Shown: positions 9,624 through 18,558 of the stretch, piece by piece
How positions within the stretch are numbered: the stretch's first letter is position 1
Layout: each line of letters begins with the position of its first letter
From: Planctomycetota bacterium
GTDB taxonomy: Bacteria; Planctomycetota; Phycisphaerae; SM23-33
DNA: 64,000 bases
NCBI GenBank assembly: GCA_024275995.1
Contig: JAJRYB010000019.1
Span: 2,728-66,727 of the forward strand
Direction: 5' to 3'
Made by a program: the position numbers and the translations under genes
The notes under the pieces: generated by a model
The model's input: the letters and a program-made list of their open reading frames with translations, nothing else
Told to the model about the DNA's origin: nothing
Databases searched by the model: none

Positions 9624-10634
9624 ATGAGCGACAGTGAAGTTTTCGATGTGATTATCGTTGGCGGCGGACCGGCGGGACTGGCGGCGGGACTATACGCCGC
9701 ACGCGACCGGTACAGGACGCTGATCCTGGAGAAAAACGGTCTGCCCGGCGGGCAGATCATGCTCACCGGAGACATCGAAAATTACCCCGCATGGGAGAAG
9801 ATAGCCGGGCCCGACTTCGTGGAGCGTCAGAAGAGGCAGGTGCAGACGTTCGGCGGGGAGATCGAGGTCGGAAAGTCCGTCGGAAAGCTTAATCGTCGCG
9901 ACGACGGGCTGATCGAGCTGGGCGTCAACAACGGTAAGGAAACCTACCTCGCCAGGTCTGTCGTGCTGGCGCCGGGAAGCGATTATCGCAAGTTGGGATG
10001 CCCCGGCGAAGAGGAACTTCGCCAGGCGGGCAAGGTGAGCTACTGCGCCACGTGCGATGGGGCGTTCTACCGCGATAAGCACGTTCTGGCGGTCGGTGGA
10101 GGGAACACTGCCGTGGAGGATACGGTCTACCTCGCCACGCGCTTCACGAAGAAGACCACGATAATCCACCGGCGGGAAGAGTTCCGCGCGCAGAAGGTGC
10201 TCGTCGAGGAGCTTTATCGCACTGCCGAGGAAAAGGACCTCGATATCAAGCTGCCCTGCGTGCTGGACGAGATCGTCCCCACCGACGACGGGGCCCGGAT
10301 CGATCACGTCCGCATCCGCAACGTGAAGACCGATCAGGTCGAGGACCTGAAAGTGGACGGGGTTTTCATCTTCGTGGGAATGATCCCGAACACCGGCTGG
10401 TTGAAAGAGTCCCTTCCGCTCGACAGGAACGGATACGTTCCCGCCGATCCACTGACGATGAAAACGGTCATGCCGGGCGTGTTCGTCGCGGGTGACTGCC
10501 GAAAGTCCGCAGCCATGCAGCTCGCCACCGCCTGTGCCGACGGCGTTGTCGCAGCCATGCAGATCAAGGAGCACTTCCGCGATCCGGATGCGTGGGGACA
10601 TTCGACGGATCAGCCTCAGACCGGGGGCTGGTAG
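9624..10634 (+). CDS. trxB: Thioredoxin-disulfide reductase
   Basis: N-terminal FAD-binding motif VIIVGGGPAGLAAG. Redox-active CATC (SYCATCDGAFY). The NAD(P)H-binding motif LAVGGGNTAVED is present. Confidence 0.9.
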   Translation: MSDSEVFDVIIVGGGPAGLAAGLYAARDRYRTLILEKNGLPGGQIMLTGDIENYPAWEKIAGPDFVERQKRQVQTFGGEIEVGKSVGKLNRRDDGLIELGVNNGKETYLARSVVLAPGSDYRKLGCPGEEELRQAGKVSYCATCDGAFYRDKHVLAVGGGNTAVEDTVYLATRFTKKTTIIHRREEFRAQKVLVEELYRTAEEKDLDIKLPCVLDEIVPTDDGARIDHVRIRNVKTDQVEDLKVDGVFIFVGMIPNTGWLKESLPLDRNGYVPADPLTMKTVMPGVFVAGDCRKSAAMQLATACADGVVAAMQIKEHFRDPDAWGHSTDQPQTGGW

Positions 10635-10655
10635 ACTCCCGGCGTCGCCGTTGCG

Positions 10656-10829
10656 TTAACCGGCGCGCCGAAATTTCCGTCGCGCAGGCGACGGGCGCGA
10701 ACCGGTTGGACGCACCAGGAAAAACTCTCCGCAGGCGGCGCAGCACACCCGTCGGCCTTGCATTTTAAGGGGGATCGACAAGACCGCGCGACAATCTGCG
10801 TTCGGACAACGGACACGTACTGCTTGCAT
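10656..10829 (-). CDS. Small zinc-ribbon protein (MJ0042-like CPxxxC...CxxCG fold), 57 aa. The ORF extends to 10892.
   Basis: MQAVRVRCPNADCRAVLSIPLKMQGRRVCCAACGEFFLV matches the zinc-ribbon pattern M-x-x-x-x-CPxC...G..v.C..CG..F.v. It is small and in a GC-rich region, so it could be a chance ORF. Confidence 0.35.
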   Translation of the reverse strand: MQAVRVRCPNADCRAVLSIPLKMQGRRVCCAACGEFFLVRPTGSRPSPARRKFRRAG

Positions 10830-10941
10830 CACTCGCCTCCGGGGAATGGCCTCCAATACCTCTATCGACCTTCCGGGACAAGGCTTTAGCACGTCGTCGC
10901 CCCCGGCGGAAAAAAGACGCCTCGGCTGGATGACGCCGGCG

Positions 10942-12207
10942 TCAATCGCTGACGCGCTCGATATTCGCGCCCAGCGACCGGAGTTTAAGCTCGATCCGCT
11001 CGTAGCCGCGATCGATGTGATAGACGCGCTGGATCGTCGTTTGCCCGCGTGCGACCAGGCCCGCTAGTACCAGTGCCGCCGAGGCTCGCAGGTCGCTCGC
11101 CATCACCGGTGCGCCGACCAGCTGCCGGACACCGGTAACGATAGCGGTCGGTCCCTCCTTGCGGATGTCGGCCCCCATGCGAAGCAGTTCCGCTACGTGC
11201 ATGAACCGATCGGGGAACACTTTTTCCGTGATCGCGCTGTTACCGTCGGCCAGCGTCAGCAGAGTCATCAACTGCGCTTGAAGGTCTGTAGGGAAACCCG
11301 GATACGGCTGGGTCGTCACGTCCGCCGGTTCCAGGCGACGGACGCTGGAAGCCACCGCCGCGCCGTTAGTCTGCTCGACGATAACGCCGACCTCGCGCAG
11401 CTTGTCCACCACGGCCATCATGTGATCCGTGCAGCAGTTCCGCAGCGTCACCTCCCCGTTGGTAAGCGCCGCGGCGATCATGAACGTGCCCGCCTCGATA
11501 CGATCCGGAACCACGGTGTGTTCCGCGGCGTTGAGCGCTTCGACGCCCTCTATCACCAGTCGCGGCGAACCGGCGCCGCGAATCTTCGCACCCATCCGGG
11601 TAAGAAAGTTCGCAAGGTCGACTATCTCAGGTTCGCAAGCGGCCGATTCTATGACGGTCGTTCCCTGTGCAAGCGTGGCGGCCGACATCACGTTGGCGGT
11701 ACCGAGCACGGTGGAACCGAAAGGACCGCCCAGGAAAATGCTGCTTCCTCGCAGGCGGTCGGCGGTGGCGATAACGTCTCCTCCATCCAGGTCGATCTTA
11801 GCGCCCAGCGCGCGGAGCCCGCGAAGGTGAAGATTGATGGGGCGCGATCCTATGGCGCATCCGCCGGGCATCGCGACGCGCGCTTTTCCGCGCCGGGCGA
11901 GCAGCGGGCCCAGCACGCAGATGCTCGCGCGCATCTTCCGCACGCGATCGTACTCGGCGTGGCTGTGGGATTCGTCTGTAACGGAAATCTCCATTCGCCC
12001 GTCGTCGCCGCGGGAAACCTCTGCGCCCAGGTCACCCAGCAGGTCTACCATGTGCCGGACGTCCGCAAGGTCGGGAACGCCATTGAGAACGCTCGTACCT
12101 TCGCCCAGCAGCGCCGCGGCCAGTATCGGCAGAGCGGCGTTCTTCGACCCGCTGATCTCGACCTCGCCCTTGAGCCTTCCACCGCCTTGAATTACAAACT
12201 TGTCCAT
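10942..12207 (-). CDS. murA: UDP-N-acetylglucosamine 1-carboxyvinyltransferase
   Basis: MDKFVIQGGGRLKGEVEISGSKNAALPILAA... is a full-length MurA signature. The ORF extends to 12228, but the MDKF start at 12207 is typical. Confidence 0.9.
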   Translation of the reverse strand: MDKFVIQGGGRLKGEVEISGSKNAALPILAAALLGEGTSVLNGVPDLADVRHMVDLLGDLGAEVSRGDDGRMEISVTDESHSHAEYDRVRKMRASICVLGPLLARRGKARVAMPGGCAIGSRPINLHLRGLRALGAKIDLDGGDVIATADRLRGSSIFLGGPFGSTVLGTANVMSAATLAQGTTVIESAACEPEIVDLANFLTRMGAKIRGAGSPRLVIEGVEALNAAEHTVVPDRIEAGTFMIAAALTNGEVTLRNCCTDHMMAVVDKLREVGVIVEQTNGAAVASSVRRLEPADVTTQPYPGFPTDLQAQLMTLLTLADGNSAITEKVFPDRFMHVAELLRMGADIRKEGPTAIVTGVRQLVGAPVMASDLRASAALVLAGLVARGQTTIQRVYHIDRGYERIELKLRSLGANIERVSD

Positions 12208-12406
12208 CTCGCCTTCCTGTCCGGGCAAATTTGCCGGGACGAACAGGCCACAATACCGCGCCGGCGCACTTTATTGCAACCTGCCGCCGCTCTTACGGAA
12301 AGTAAAGAATGCCTGTAACGTTCGGCGGGCGGGGCGGTACAATACCGGCGTAGGAAGAATAAGTTTCTGTATGCGCCGAATTAACATTACACGAAAGGAG
12401 TCAGCC

Positions 12407-12685
12407 ATGAAGAAACGCCTGATAGTCACACTGCTGTGCGTCAACGCCGCACTGATCGTGGTGCTGGCGTTCGTAACGGGCCTGCCCAGCGCCCAGGCCC
12501 AGATCGTCGGCGGTGGAACGGATTACCTGCTCATGACCGGGCACATCTCCAGTTCCTACGACGCCATTTATGTAATCGAGCTGAATTCGCAACGAATCGC
12601 CGCGTTCAAGATGGATCGAACAACGAAAAAAATAGCTCTGATGGGCGCACGGGTACTCACCAAGGACTTCCGCAAGGCCGAGTAA
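12407..12685 (+). CDS. Small membrane-anchored protein (92 aa), paralog of 12718..13002
   Basis: Strong RBS AAAGGAG before the ATG. N-terminal TM/signal MKKRLIVTLLCVNAALIVVLAFV. The C-terminal roughly 60 aa align to the next ORF (GG..Y....TG..S.S.D..YvI...S.......l......++I). Confidence 0.5.
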   Translation: MKKRLIVTLLCVNAALIVVLAFVTGLPSAQAQIVGGGTDYLLMTGHISSSYDAIYVIELNSQRIAAFKMDRTTKKIALMGARVLTKDFRKAE

Positions 12686-12717
12686 CGGCTGGGCATCGAC
12701 CAGGGAGAAAATAAACC

Positions 12718-13002
12718 ATGAAACACAACGAAAACACAATCATCACTTTGCTGCTGGTCACGACGGGAATCCTTTCGTCGCTGCTGGTTTTCTCGCTCAT
12801 CGGCGGGACCGATACCGCCTATGCGGACACGTCGGTCAGGGGTGGAAACTACGTGTTCGGGACCGGCGCCTGGAGCGCGTCCAACGACCTGCTCTATATC
12901 ATCAACCGCGCCTCGAAACAGTTGAACGTGTACGCATTGAACGTCAACTCGCATTCGTTGGACAAGATAGGCAGCGTCGACCTGGCGGCGGCATTCAGGT
13001 AG
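12718..13002 (+). CDS. Small membrane-anchored protein (94 aa), paralog of 12407..12685
   Basis: N-terminal TM ITLLLVTTGILSSLLVFSLI. The C-terminal region is alignable with the preceding gene, so this is a tandem duplication. Confidence 0.5.
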   Translation: MKHNENTIITLLLVTTGILSSLLVFSLIGGTDTAYADTSVRGGNYVFGTGAWSASNDLLYIINRASKQLNVYALNVNSHSLDKIGSVDLAAAFR

Positions 13003-13018
13003 CGCCGAGAAAATACGT

Positions 13019-13042
13019 CGAAAGGGTGTGCGCGCCTTTCCG
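13019..13042. terminator. Possible bidirectional hairpin (gaaagg-gtgtgcgcg-cctttc) between convergent genes
   Basis: 6-bp stem, read directly. It lies between the + gene ending at 13002 and the - gene ending at 13048. There is no clear U-run. Confidence 0.3.
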
Positions 13043-13047
13043 AGGGA

Positions 13048-13980
13048 TCAGCCGCCGTTGAAGCAGGCATCGACGATCTCGTCGATGTGCGCGGTGGCTA
13101 CGCAGATGGCGGTGTCGGCTGCGCCGTAGTAGAGCTTCACCTCGCCATCGTCCTCGACGACAGCTCCGCAGGCAAAAACGACATTCCCGATATCGCCGAT
13201 GCGCTCGTAGTCCTCGCGCGGGCCGAGCAGCGGACCGAGAGACTGGCCCGTCACGCGCGACGGGTCGTCCCTGTCCAGCATGACGGCGCCGACGCGGTAA
13301 ATCGGACCGGACGAGGTCATCTTCGTGCCGTGATAAATCTCGAGCCATCCCCGATCGGTCAGGATCGGCGGCACCGAGGCGCCGACGCGATAGGAATCCC
13401 AGAATCGCGGGCGCGGGCCGAACAGGAACCGGCTTTGACCCCAGTGCAGCAGGTCCGGCGAGTAGGAAATCCATACGCATCCTATGTGGTTCCCGTAAGG
13501 GCGATCCAGGCGGACGTACATGCCGTTGATCTTCTCCGGAAAGAGCACGCCATCCTTGTTTCCGGGCCCGGAGATCATCCCGAGACGTTCATACGTGCGG
13601 TAGTCCTCGGTGCATGCCAAGGCGATCCGGTGTCCGTGCTCGCCGGCGGCTGTGTACAGAATGTAGTGCTTCCCGTCGATTGGCGTAATGCGCGGGTCTT
13701 CGATACCGTCGCCTTCCCAAACGGACCAGGGTTCCTCCGTGGCGGGCAGAATCCACGGCTCGGAGTCCATGGTGAACTTCAGCCCGTCCTGGGATCGCGC
13801 GAGCGAGAAGAACGAGTATCCCTGCTGGCCTTCGACGCGGATCAGGAGCAGGTACTCCCCGTCGAACTTGATGGGCGAACCGTTGAACACTGTATTGCAG
13901 CGATACGGCACGTCGTCCACTGTCAGAAGCGGATTTCCCTGGTAGCGATGCAGGACGTCTCTTTTTATTCCGTTTGGCAT
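13048..13980 (-). CDS. Glycoside hydrolase family 130 (beta-mannoside/glycoside phosphorylase-like, DUF377)
   Basis: The start MPNGIKRDV is at 13980 (the ORF extends to 14109). GH130 hallmarks are present: NP.....G....L.RVE, DPRI, YILYTA. It is strongly similar to the adjacent paralog. Confidence 0.8.
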   Translation of the reverse strand: MPNGIKRDVLHRYQGNPLLTVDDVPYRCNTVFNGSPIKFDGEYLLLIRVEGQQGYSFFSLARSQDGLKFTMDSEPWILPATEEPWSVWEGDGIEDPRITPIDGKHYILYTAAGEHGHRIALACTEDYRTYERLGMISGPGNKDGVLFPEKINGMYVRLDRPYGNHIGCVWISYSPDLLHWGQSRFLFGPRPRFWDSYRVGASVPPILTDRGWLEIYHGTKMTSSGPIYRVGAVMLDRDDPSRVTGQSLGPLLGPREDYERIGDIGNVVFACGAVVEDDGEVKLYYGAADTAICVATAHIDEIVDACFNGG

Positions 13981-14023
13981 TTTTTTATCAACCTGATGTG
14001 ACGGGGGTGAAATGCCCGTCTCG

Positions 14024-14986
14024 TCAAAAAACTTTATCGCTCTCGAAGCAGACCCGCAGAATTTCCGCCAGCGGCGCCGAGCTGAGACATATGCAACTGT
14101 CCGACGCACCGTAGTAGACGTTCACCTGCCCCTCCTCCAGCAGCGCCCCGCAGGAGAACACGACGTTCGGCACGTCGCCGATGCGTTCGTATTTTTCCCG
14201 CGGCGAGAGGATGGGAATATTCGACCTGGCGATGACGCGCGACGGGTCGTCGCGATCCAGTACTGCCGCTCCCAGGCGAACCAGCGGACCGGCGGAGGTA
14301 TGCTTCTCGCCGTAATAAATCAGCAGCCATCCCTCGTCGATCTCGATCGGCGGGGACGCCGCTCCTATCCGGGTCGAATCCCAATAACCGCCTCGCGGGG
14401 CCATCACTACCGTCTGCGAACCCCAGAATACAAGGTCGTCCGAGTAGCCCAGCCAGATTCGTCCACCCTGGTCCGGCCTGCAGAGCAGAAGATACTTCCC
14501 CCCAATCGTCCGTGGGAACAGTGCGCCGTTCTTGACGTCCACCTGCGTGGCGTACGCGATTCTCTCGATCGTGTGGAAGTCCTGCGTCCGCGCAAGCCCC
14601 ACCCGCAACCCGTGATCGCCGTTGGCTACGTAGGCAATGTAATACGTCCCGTCGATCTGCGTAATTCGCGGGTCGCGCACGCCGATGCTCTCGCAGCCGC
14701 CCACGTTCATGCAGCCGGGATCGCAACCGCAACCCGCTTCCTCGGTGTCACCGGCCAGGAGCGGCTCATCGTCGACGAGGAAGTGCCGCCCGTCGTCGCT
14801 GAGGGCCCGATAGATGCAATGCCGACCTTCGAGCGTTTCGATGGTAATCAGCAGCAGATACCGTCCGCCGACTTTCGTAACGCCCGCATTCCAGATGTCG
14901 CTGCATCTAAAGGGGAGATCTCTAAGTGTAACGATCGGGTTATCCGGAGATCGTGTGAGCAGGTCGCCCACGGGCACAATCTGCAT
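14024..14986 (-). CDS. Glycoside hydrolase family 130 paralog
   Basis: 320 aa. Collinear similarity to 13048..13980 (GVRDPRITQIDGTYYIAY..., DDPSRV, ERIGD.PNVVF.CG, YYGA.D). It carries an extra Cys/Gly-rich insert CGCDPGCMNVGGCES. Confidence 0.8.
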   Translation of the reverse strand: MQIVPVGDLLTRSPDNPIVTLRDLPFRCSDIWNAGVTKVGGRYLLLITIETLEGRHCIYRALSDDGRHFLVDDEPLLAGDTEEAGCGCDPGCMNVGGCESIGVRDPRITQIDGTYYIAYVANGDHGLRVGLARTQDFHTIERIAYATQVDVKNGALFPRTIGGKYLLLCRPDQGGRIWLGYSDDLVFWGSQTVVMAPRGGYWDSTRIGAASPPIEIDEGWLLIYYGEKHTSAGPLVRLGAAVLDRDDPSRVIARSNIPILSPREKYERIGDVPNVVFSCGALLEEGQVNVYYGASDSCICLSSAPLAEILRVCFESDKVF

Positions 14987-15135
14987 ATGCTTGTTCCTTC
15001 ACCGATTCTTCGCACCACAGCCATGGGAACGCAACGGCGCCCCGTCTATGTACTTATCGGGTTCCGGCCGAAAAACATGAATACATTGATGACCTCGCCG
15101 ATATATGGAGATTGTTCGACCGGGGTGGAACTTTG

Positions 15136-15660
15136 CTAGAGCAGGTCCCGGAGGAACGGTTTCAGCAGCGCCTTGATCAGGCACAACGCCACGATTCCGG
15201 ACATCACGGCGATAAGTGTTATCCATCGCCACTCGTCCAGCAGCACAAACCCAAGCGCCAGTCCCGCCGCCGGGGGATGTTCGGTGTTGGTGATAACCAT
15301 GACCATCGCCACCAGCGCGACCGCCACCGCACCAAACACCACTTGCGGAAAAGCCGGGATGATTCCCAGATGTTCCGGCAGAGGAATCATGTATCGCAGC
15401 CAGTAACACAACGCCCCACCCGCCATTCCAATGACGTATCCACCGATCAGGAACCTGGGACGGGAAGCGTCCGTGTGCGGCAGCGCGAAAACGATGAACA
15501 GGCTCGCTCCCAATGCCGCGATGACGGCTGTATTGGATATATTGGTCAAAACCGCCAGGACCACCGCCATAGCTATGCCCGCCAATGCGCACTGAAAGAC
15601 ATAGCCCGACTTGTGGCGCCTGAATTTTATGTCGATCAGCTTCATGTGAAGGCGATCCAC
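15136..15660 (-). CDS. HPP family membrane protein
   Basis: Four TM segments and the HPP motif (TNTEHPPAAGLALG). Confidence 0.7.
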   Translation of the reverse strand: MDRLHMKLIDIKFRRHKSGYVFQCALAGIAMAVVLAVLTNISNTAVIAALGASLFIVFALPHTDASRPRFLIGGYVIGMAGGALCYWLRYMIPLPEHLGIIPAFPQVVFGAVAVALVAMVMVITNTEHPPAAGLALGFVLLDEWRWITLIAVMSGIVALCLIKALLKPFLRDLL

Positions 15661-15759
15661 TCATTTCAGCCCCCACAACCTAGCACTACCCCACGAGTGC
15701 AGACAAGTTAATATGCCCGATAAAATCGGATGCGAAATCCGCTTCGCCACTCGCTCGCA

Positions 15760-17052
15760 TCAATAGGCGCGAAATATCTTCGAGCCGGGATAGTAGAACT
15801 CGAGTATCCGCTCTGCGGACCAGCCTTTTTGCGCTTTCGCCTCGGCGCCCCACTGCGAGAGCCCCACGCCGTGCCCGAAACCACGCCCGTTGTAGAATTC
15901 GATATCCTTTCCGGTGTCGCGCAGACGGCAATTCATGGATCGGATTTTCCCAGCCGCGGGAATAGTAGCCCGGCTGCGAAGAAGCACCAGTCGAAGGTCC
16001 TCCGATCGGATGCGAATGCTCTTACCCGTATCGCTGAGCAGGTCCACCCAGACGCTCCTGCCGTACGATGTGCGCTTTACGACGCGAATCTCCCGCAATT
16101 CCTTCCAATCGCGAACGTCGTCGTAACTGCCGGCGACTGCGCGGAGGATATCCGCCTTGGATATTTTCACCGGCCCCCACTTGAAGCGCGGATAGAAAGG
16201 TCCGTCCGGATCGCGCTGCCCGCCCCGCAGCGGTTCGATATCCGCGGCGTTGCGTATCACACTCGCGGCGTTAACGAAACCACCGTTGCTGGCAGAGTAC
16301 TGTGTCATGAAAATACGCTCGCTGCCCGGCGTTCCGAAGGTAAGCACCCACGCGTGCGTAGAGCGAACGGCGTCCCACGACTTGTCCGTCTCGGCTGCGA
16401 AGGCGCCGTAGACCTGGTCCGATTGACCTGACATGACGTCGAAGTACCGTCCACGCCCGTATACGCTTTTTTTGTAGAGCGCGTACGTGCGTGCGGCGAC
16501 CGCCAGTGCGCGGTAGGTCTCCGGGGACCAGTCCGCATAAAGTTCACGCGGAAGCACGCCCGCGAGGTAGCTCTCGATGTCGATGTGATTGACAACGTGA
16601 TATGACTCCGCCCCGGAGGGAACGAGTTCGAGCATTCGGCGGTAACTCCTGCCGTTATAGTTCAGCAGGCTCCGGGAGGCCGCGCGCAAAGACAGCCTCT
16701 CGCCTAAATGCGCGACGCCTCCGAAATACCATTGTCCTCCGCGGCGCGATATTTTTAATTCCGTCGCCGCCGAGGCGCCTCCCGCCGGCGTCTCGTCACG
16801 CGCATCGATATACAGGCGAAACGGGCCCGTCGACGAGAACAACCCGGACCGGACGCTCCCTGCCGTCAGGCGAACGCGCAACGTCGGAATACCTTCCAGA
16901 TCGACCGCCGGCGGGGAGAGTTGCTTTTCGGGACATCCGCCGAGACCTATTGCGACAAGAACGCAGGCGAACAAAAGAAGGGTGTATGAAGCCAGGGGAA
17001 TCAGGCGCACCAGCACGTGATCTCGACGTTCCGGCAACATTCCTAACCTCAC
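15760..17052 (-). CDS. SpoIID/LytB domain protein (amidase enhancer family), lipoprotein
   Basis: Conserved SpoIID motifs (SASNGGF, GRGFGHGVGLSQWGA). Lipobox VAIGLGGC. Confidence 0.8.
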   Translation of the reverse strand: MRLGMLPERRDHVLVRLIPLASYTLLLFACVLVAIGLGGCPEKQLSPPAVDLEGIPTLRVRLTAGSVRSGLFSSTGPFRLYIDARDETPAGGASAATELKISRRGGQWYFGGVAHLGERLSLRAASRSLLNYNGRSYRRMLELVPSGAESYHVVNHIDIESYLAGVLPRELYADWSPETYRALAVAARTYALYKKSVYGRGRYFDVMSGQSDQVYGAFAAETDKSWDAVRSTHAWVLTFGTPGSERIFMTQYSASNGGFVNAASVIRNAADIEPLRGGQRDPDGPFYPRFKWGPVKISKADILRAVAGSYDDVRDWKELREIRVVKRTSYGRSVWVDLLSDTGKSIRIRSEDLRLVLLRSRATIPAAGKIRSMNCRLRDTGKDIEFYNGRGFGHGVGLSQWGAEAKAQKGWSAERILEFYYPGSKIFRAY

Positions 17053-17087
17053 ATTACAGTCCGAGGGAAACTTGCTGCGCCCGCGGT

Positions 17088-18416
17088 TCAGTTGTTCGTC
17101 TCTCGCAGCGCCAGCCCATATTCCGCGAGGCGCTGTCGTACCTCGTTCAGGCTGGTCTGCCCGAAATTCTTGCAGACCATGAGTTCCTGCTCGGTCTTGG
17201 ACGCCAGCTCACCAAGCGTCCCGATGTGAAGCGCCTGAAGCGCCCGTCGGGCGCGAATGGATAACTCGACCTGTTCCAGCGGCGTGGCGAGGATCCCTTC
17301 GTTCTCGACGCCTGCCGGTTGCGAGGAGACCAACTGGTACTCCGGGTCGCTCTCTTCCATCGCCTGACCGAGATGCAGAGTCTTGCTGTCCAGCATGTCC
17401 TTGATCTCTTTGAGGGAGGTCTCGCCGAAATTTTTGTACCCCAGAAGATCCACCTCGGTCGTTCTCACAAGGTCGCCGAGCGTTCGGATGTTCATCTTCT
17501 TCAGACAGTTCCTCGCGCGGACGGACAACTCGAAATCCGTCACGGGAATATCGAGTACGGCGTTGCGACGGGCGAGGCGCTTGGCCTGGTCCTCGTCGTA
17601 GTACATCGTCTTGGACGCCTCGGCGTCCTTCAGGAACAATCTAGCGCGCGGATGCGCGGGACAAGTCGCCAGCACGCGGCGCAGGCAAGTCGCGGCCATA
17701 TCGTACCGACCGGCGTCTTCGTGCAGAACGGCAAGGTTTATCAGCGCGTTGGTGTGGACGGGAGGTTGCGCGACACATTTCTTGTAAAGCTCGATCGCCT
17801 CTTCCTCGTCGCCGTGCAGGTCGTGGAGGTACGCCAGGCGGAACAGCGCCGCGGGATGATCCTCCTCGATCTCCAGCGCTTGTACATACATCTGGGCCGC
17901 TTCTTCTCCGCAACCGGTCATCTCAAGCAGAAGCCCGCGAACGTACTTGAAGCCAGCCGTCTCGCCCAACTTGCGTTCGAGCGACGAAATAGCCTTGCTC
18001 GCGTTTTGCGTTTCACCCGCGAGGATCCATATCTCCGCCTTCTCGAGTCCAATGGCGTCGGCGTCCCAGCCGCGGGCTTCGGCGCGATCCAACTCCTCCA
18101 CCGCCTTTTCGTAGCTGCGAAGCTGCTTGTAGCATTGGGCCTGGAAGTAGTGGCAATCGCGATTGTCCGTAGCCTCCGCAAACGCCGACAACGCGTCGGC
18201 AAACCTGCACAATATGTAGCGGGCAATTCCGATTTTCAGCGCAACGGCGCCCTTGGCGTCCGGGTTGGCGGCCTCCATCTCGGCTAGAATGCTCTTGAAC
18301 CTGTCCGCAGGATTACTCGTGGAAAAGAGTTCCTTCAACAGTTCCTGGTAGTCCTCGGCGGTCCAGGTGTCCTTGTCAACACTGGCCGTTAAAGCATCTT
18401 GAGATGCCTGTTCCAT
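17088..18416 (-). CDS. TPR-repeat protein with two C-terminal RNA polymerase alpha-subunit CTD-like (HhH) domains
   Basis: N-terminal TPR-like repeats. Two copies of the alpha-CTD-like pattern (LSVRARNCLKKMNIRTLGDLV...LLGYKNFGETSLKEIK and LSIRARRALQALHIGTLGELAS..LMVCKNFGQTSLNEVR). Confidence 0.65.
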   Translation of the reverse strand: MEQASQDALTASVDKDTWTAEDYQELLKELFSTSNPADRFKSILAEMEAANPDAKGAVALKIGIARYILCRFADALSAFAEATDNRDCHYFQAQCYKQLRSYEKAVEELDRAEARGWDADAIGLEKAEIWILAGETQNASKAISSLERKLGETAGFKYVRGLLLEMTGCGEEAAQMYVQALEIEEDHPAALFRLAYLHDLHGDEEEAIELYKKCVAQPPVHTNALINLAVLHEDAGRYDMAATCLRRVLATCPAHPRARLFLKDAEASKTMYYDEDQAKRLARRNAVLDIPVTDFELSVRARNCLKKMNIRTLGDLVRTTEVDLLGYKNFGETSLKEIKDMLDSKTLHLGQAMEESDPEYQLVSSQPAGVENEGILATPLEQVELSIRARRALQALHIGTLGELASKTEQELMVCKNFGQTSLNEVRQRLAEYGLALRETNN

Positions 18417-18558
18417 TTGGCGTTCTCCTCAAAGGGAACGAATTTCCCTCGTTCCGATCAATTGGTTTCGTGCGGAAGATCGAGTATTATACTTCCCCGC
18501 GAGATGAATTCAAGCCTTTCAGAAGCGGCTCGCCTGTAACACCAGGATAACGGGTAAT

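Noticed and set aside
9690-15139. Antisense ORFs 9690..10601 (opposite trxB), 11197..12318 (opposite murA), 13087..14001 and 14012..15139 (opposite the GH130 genes), and similar ones opposite pyk, the PP2C phosphatase and leuS
   Set aside because: Each overlaps a gene with strong family motifs on the other strand and lacks any motif itself.
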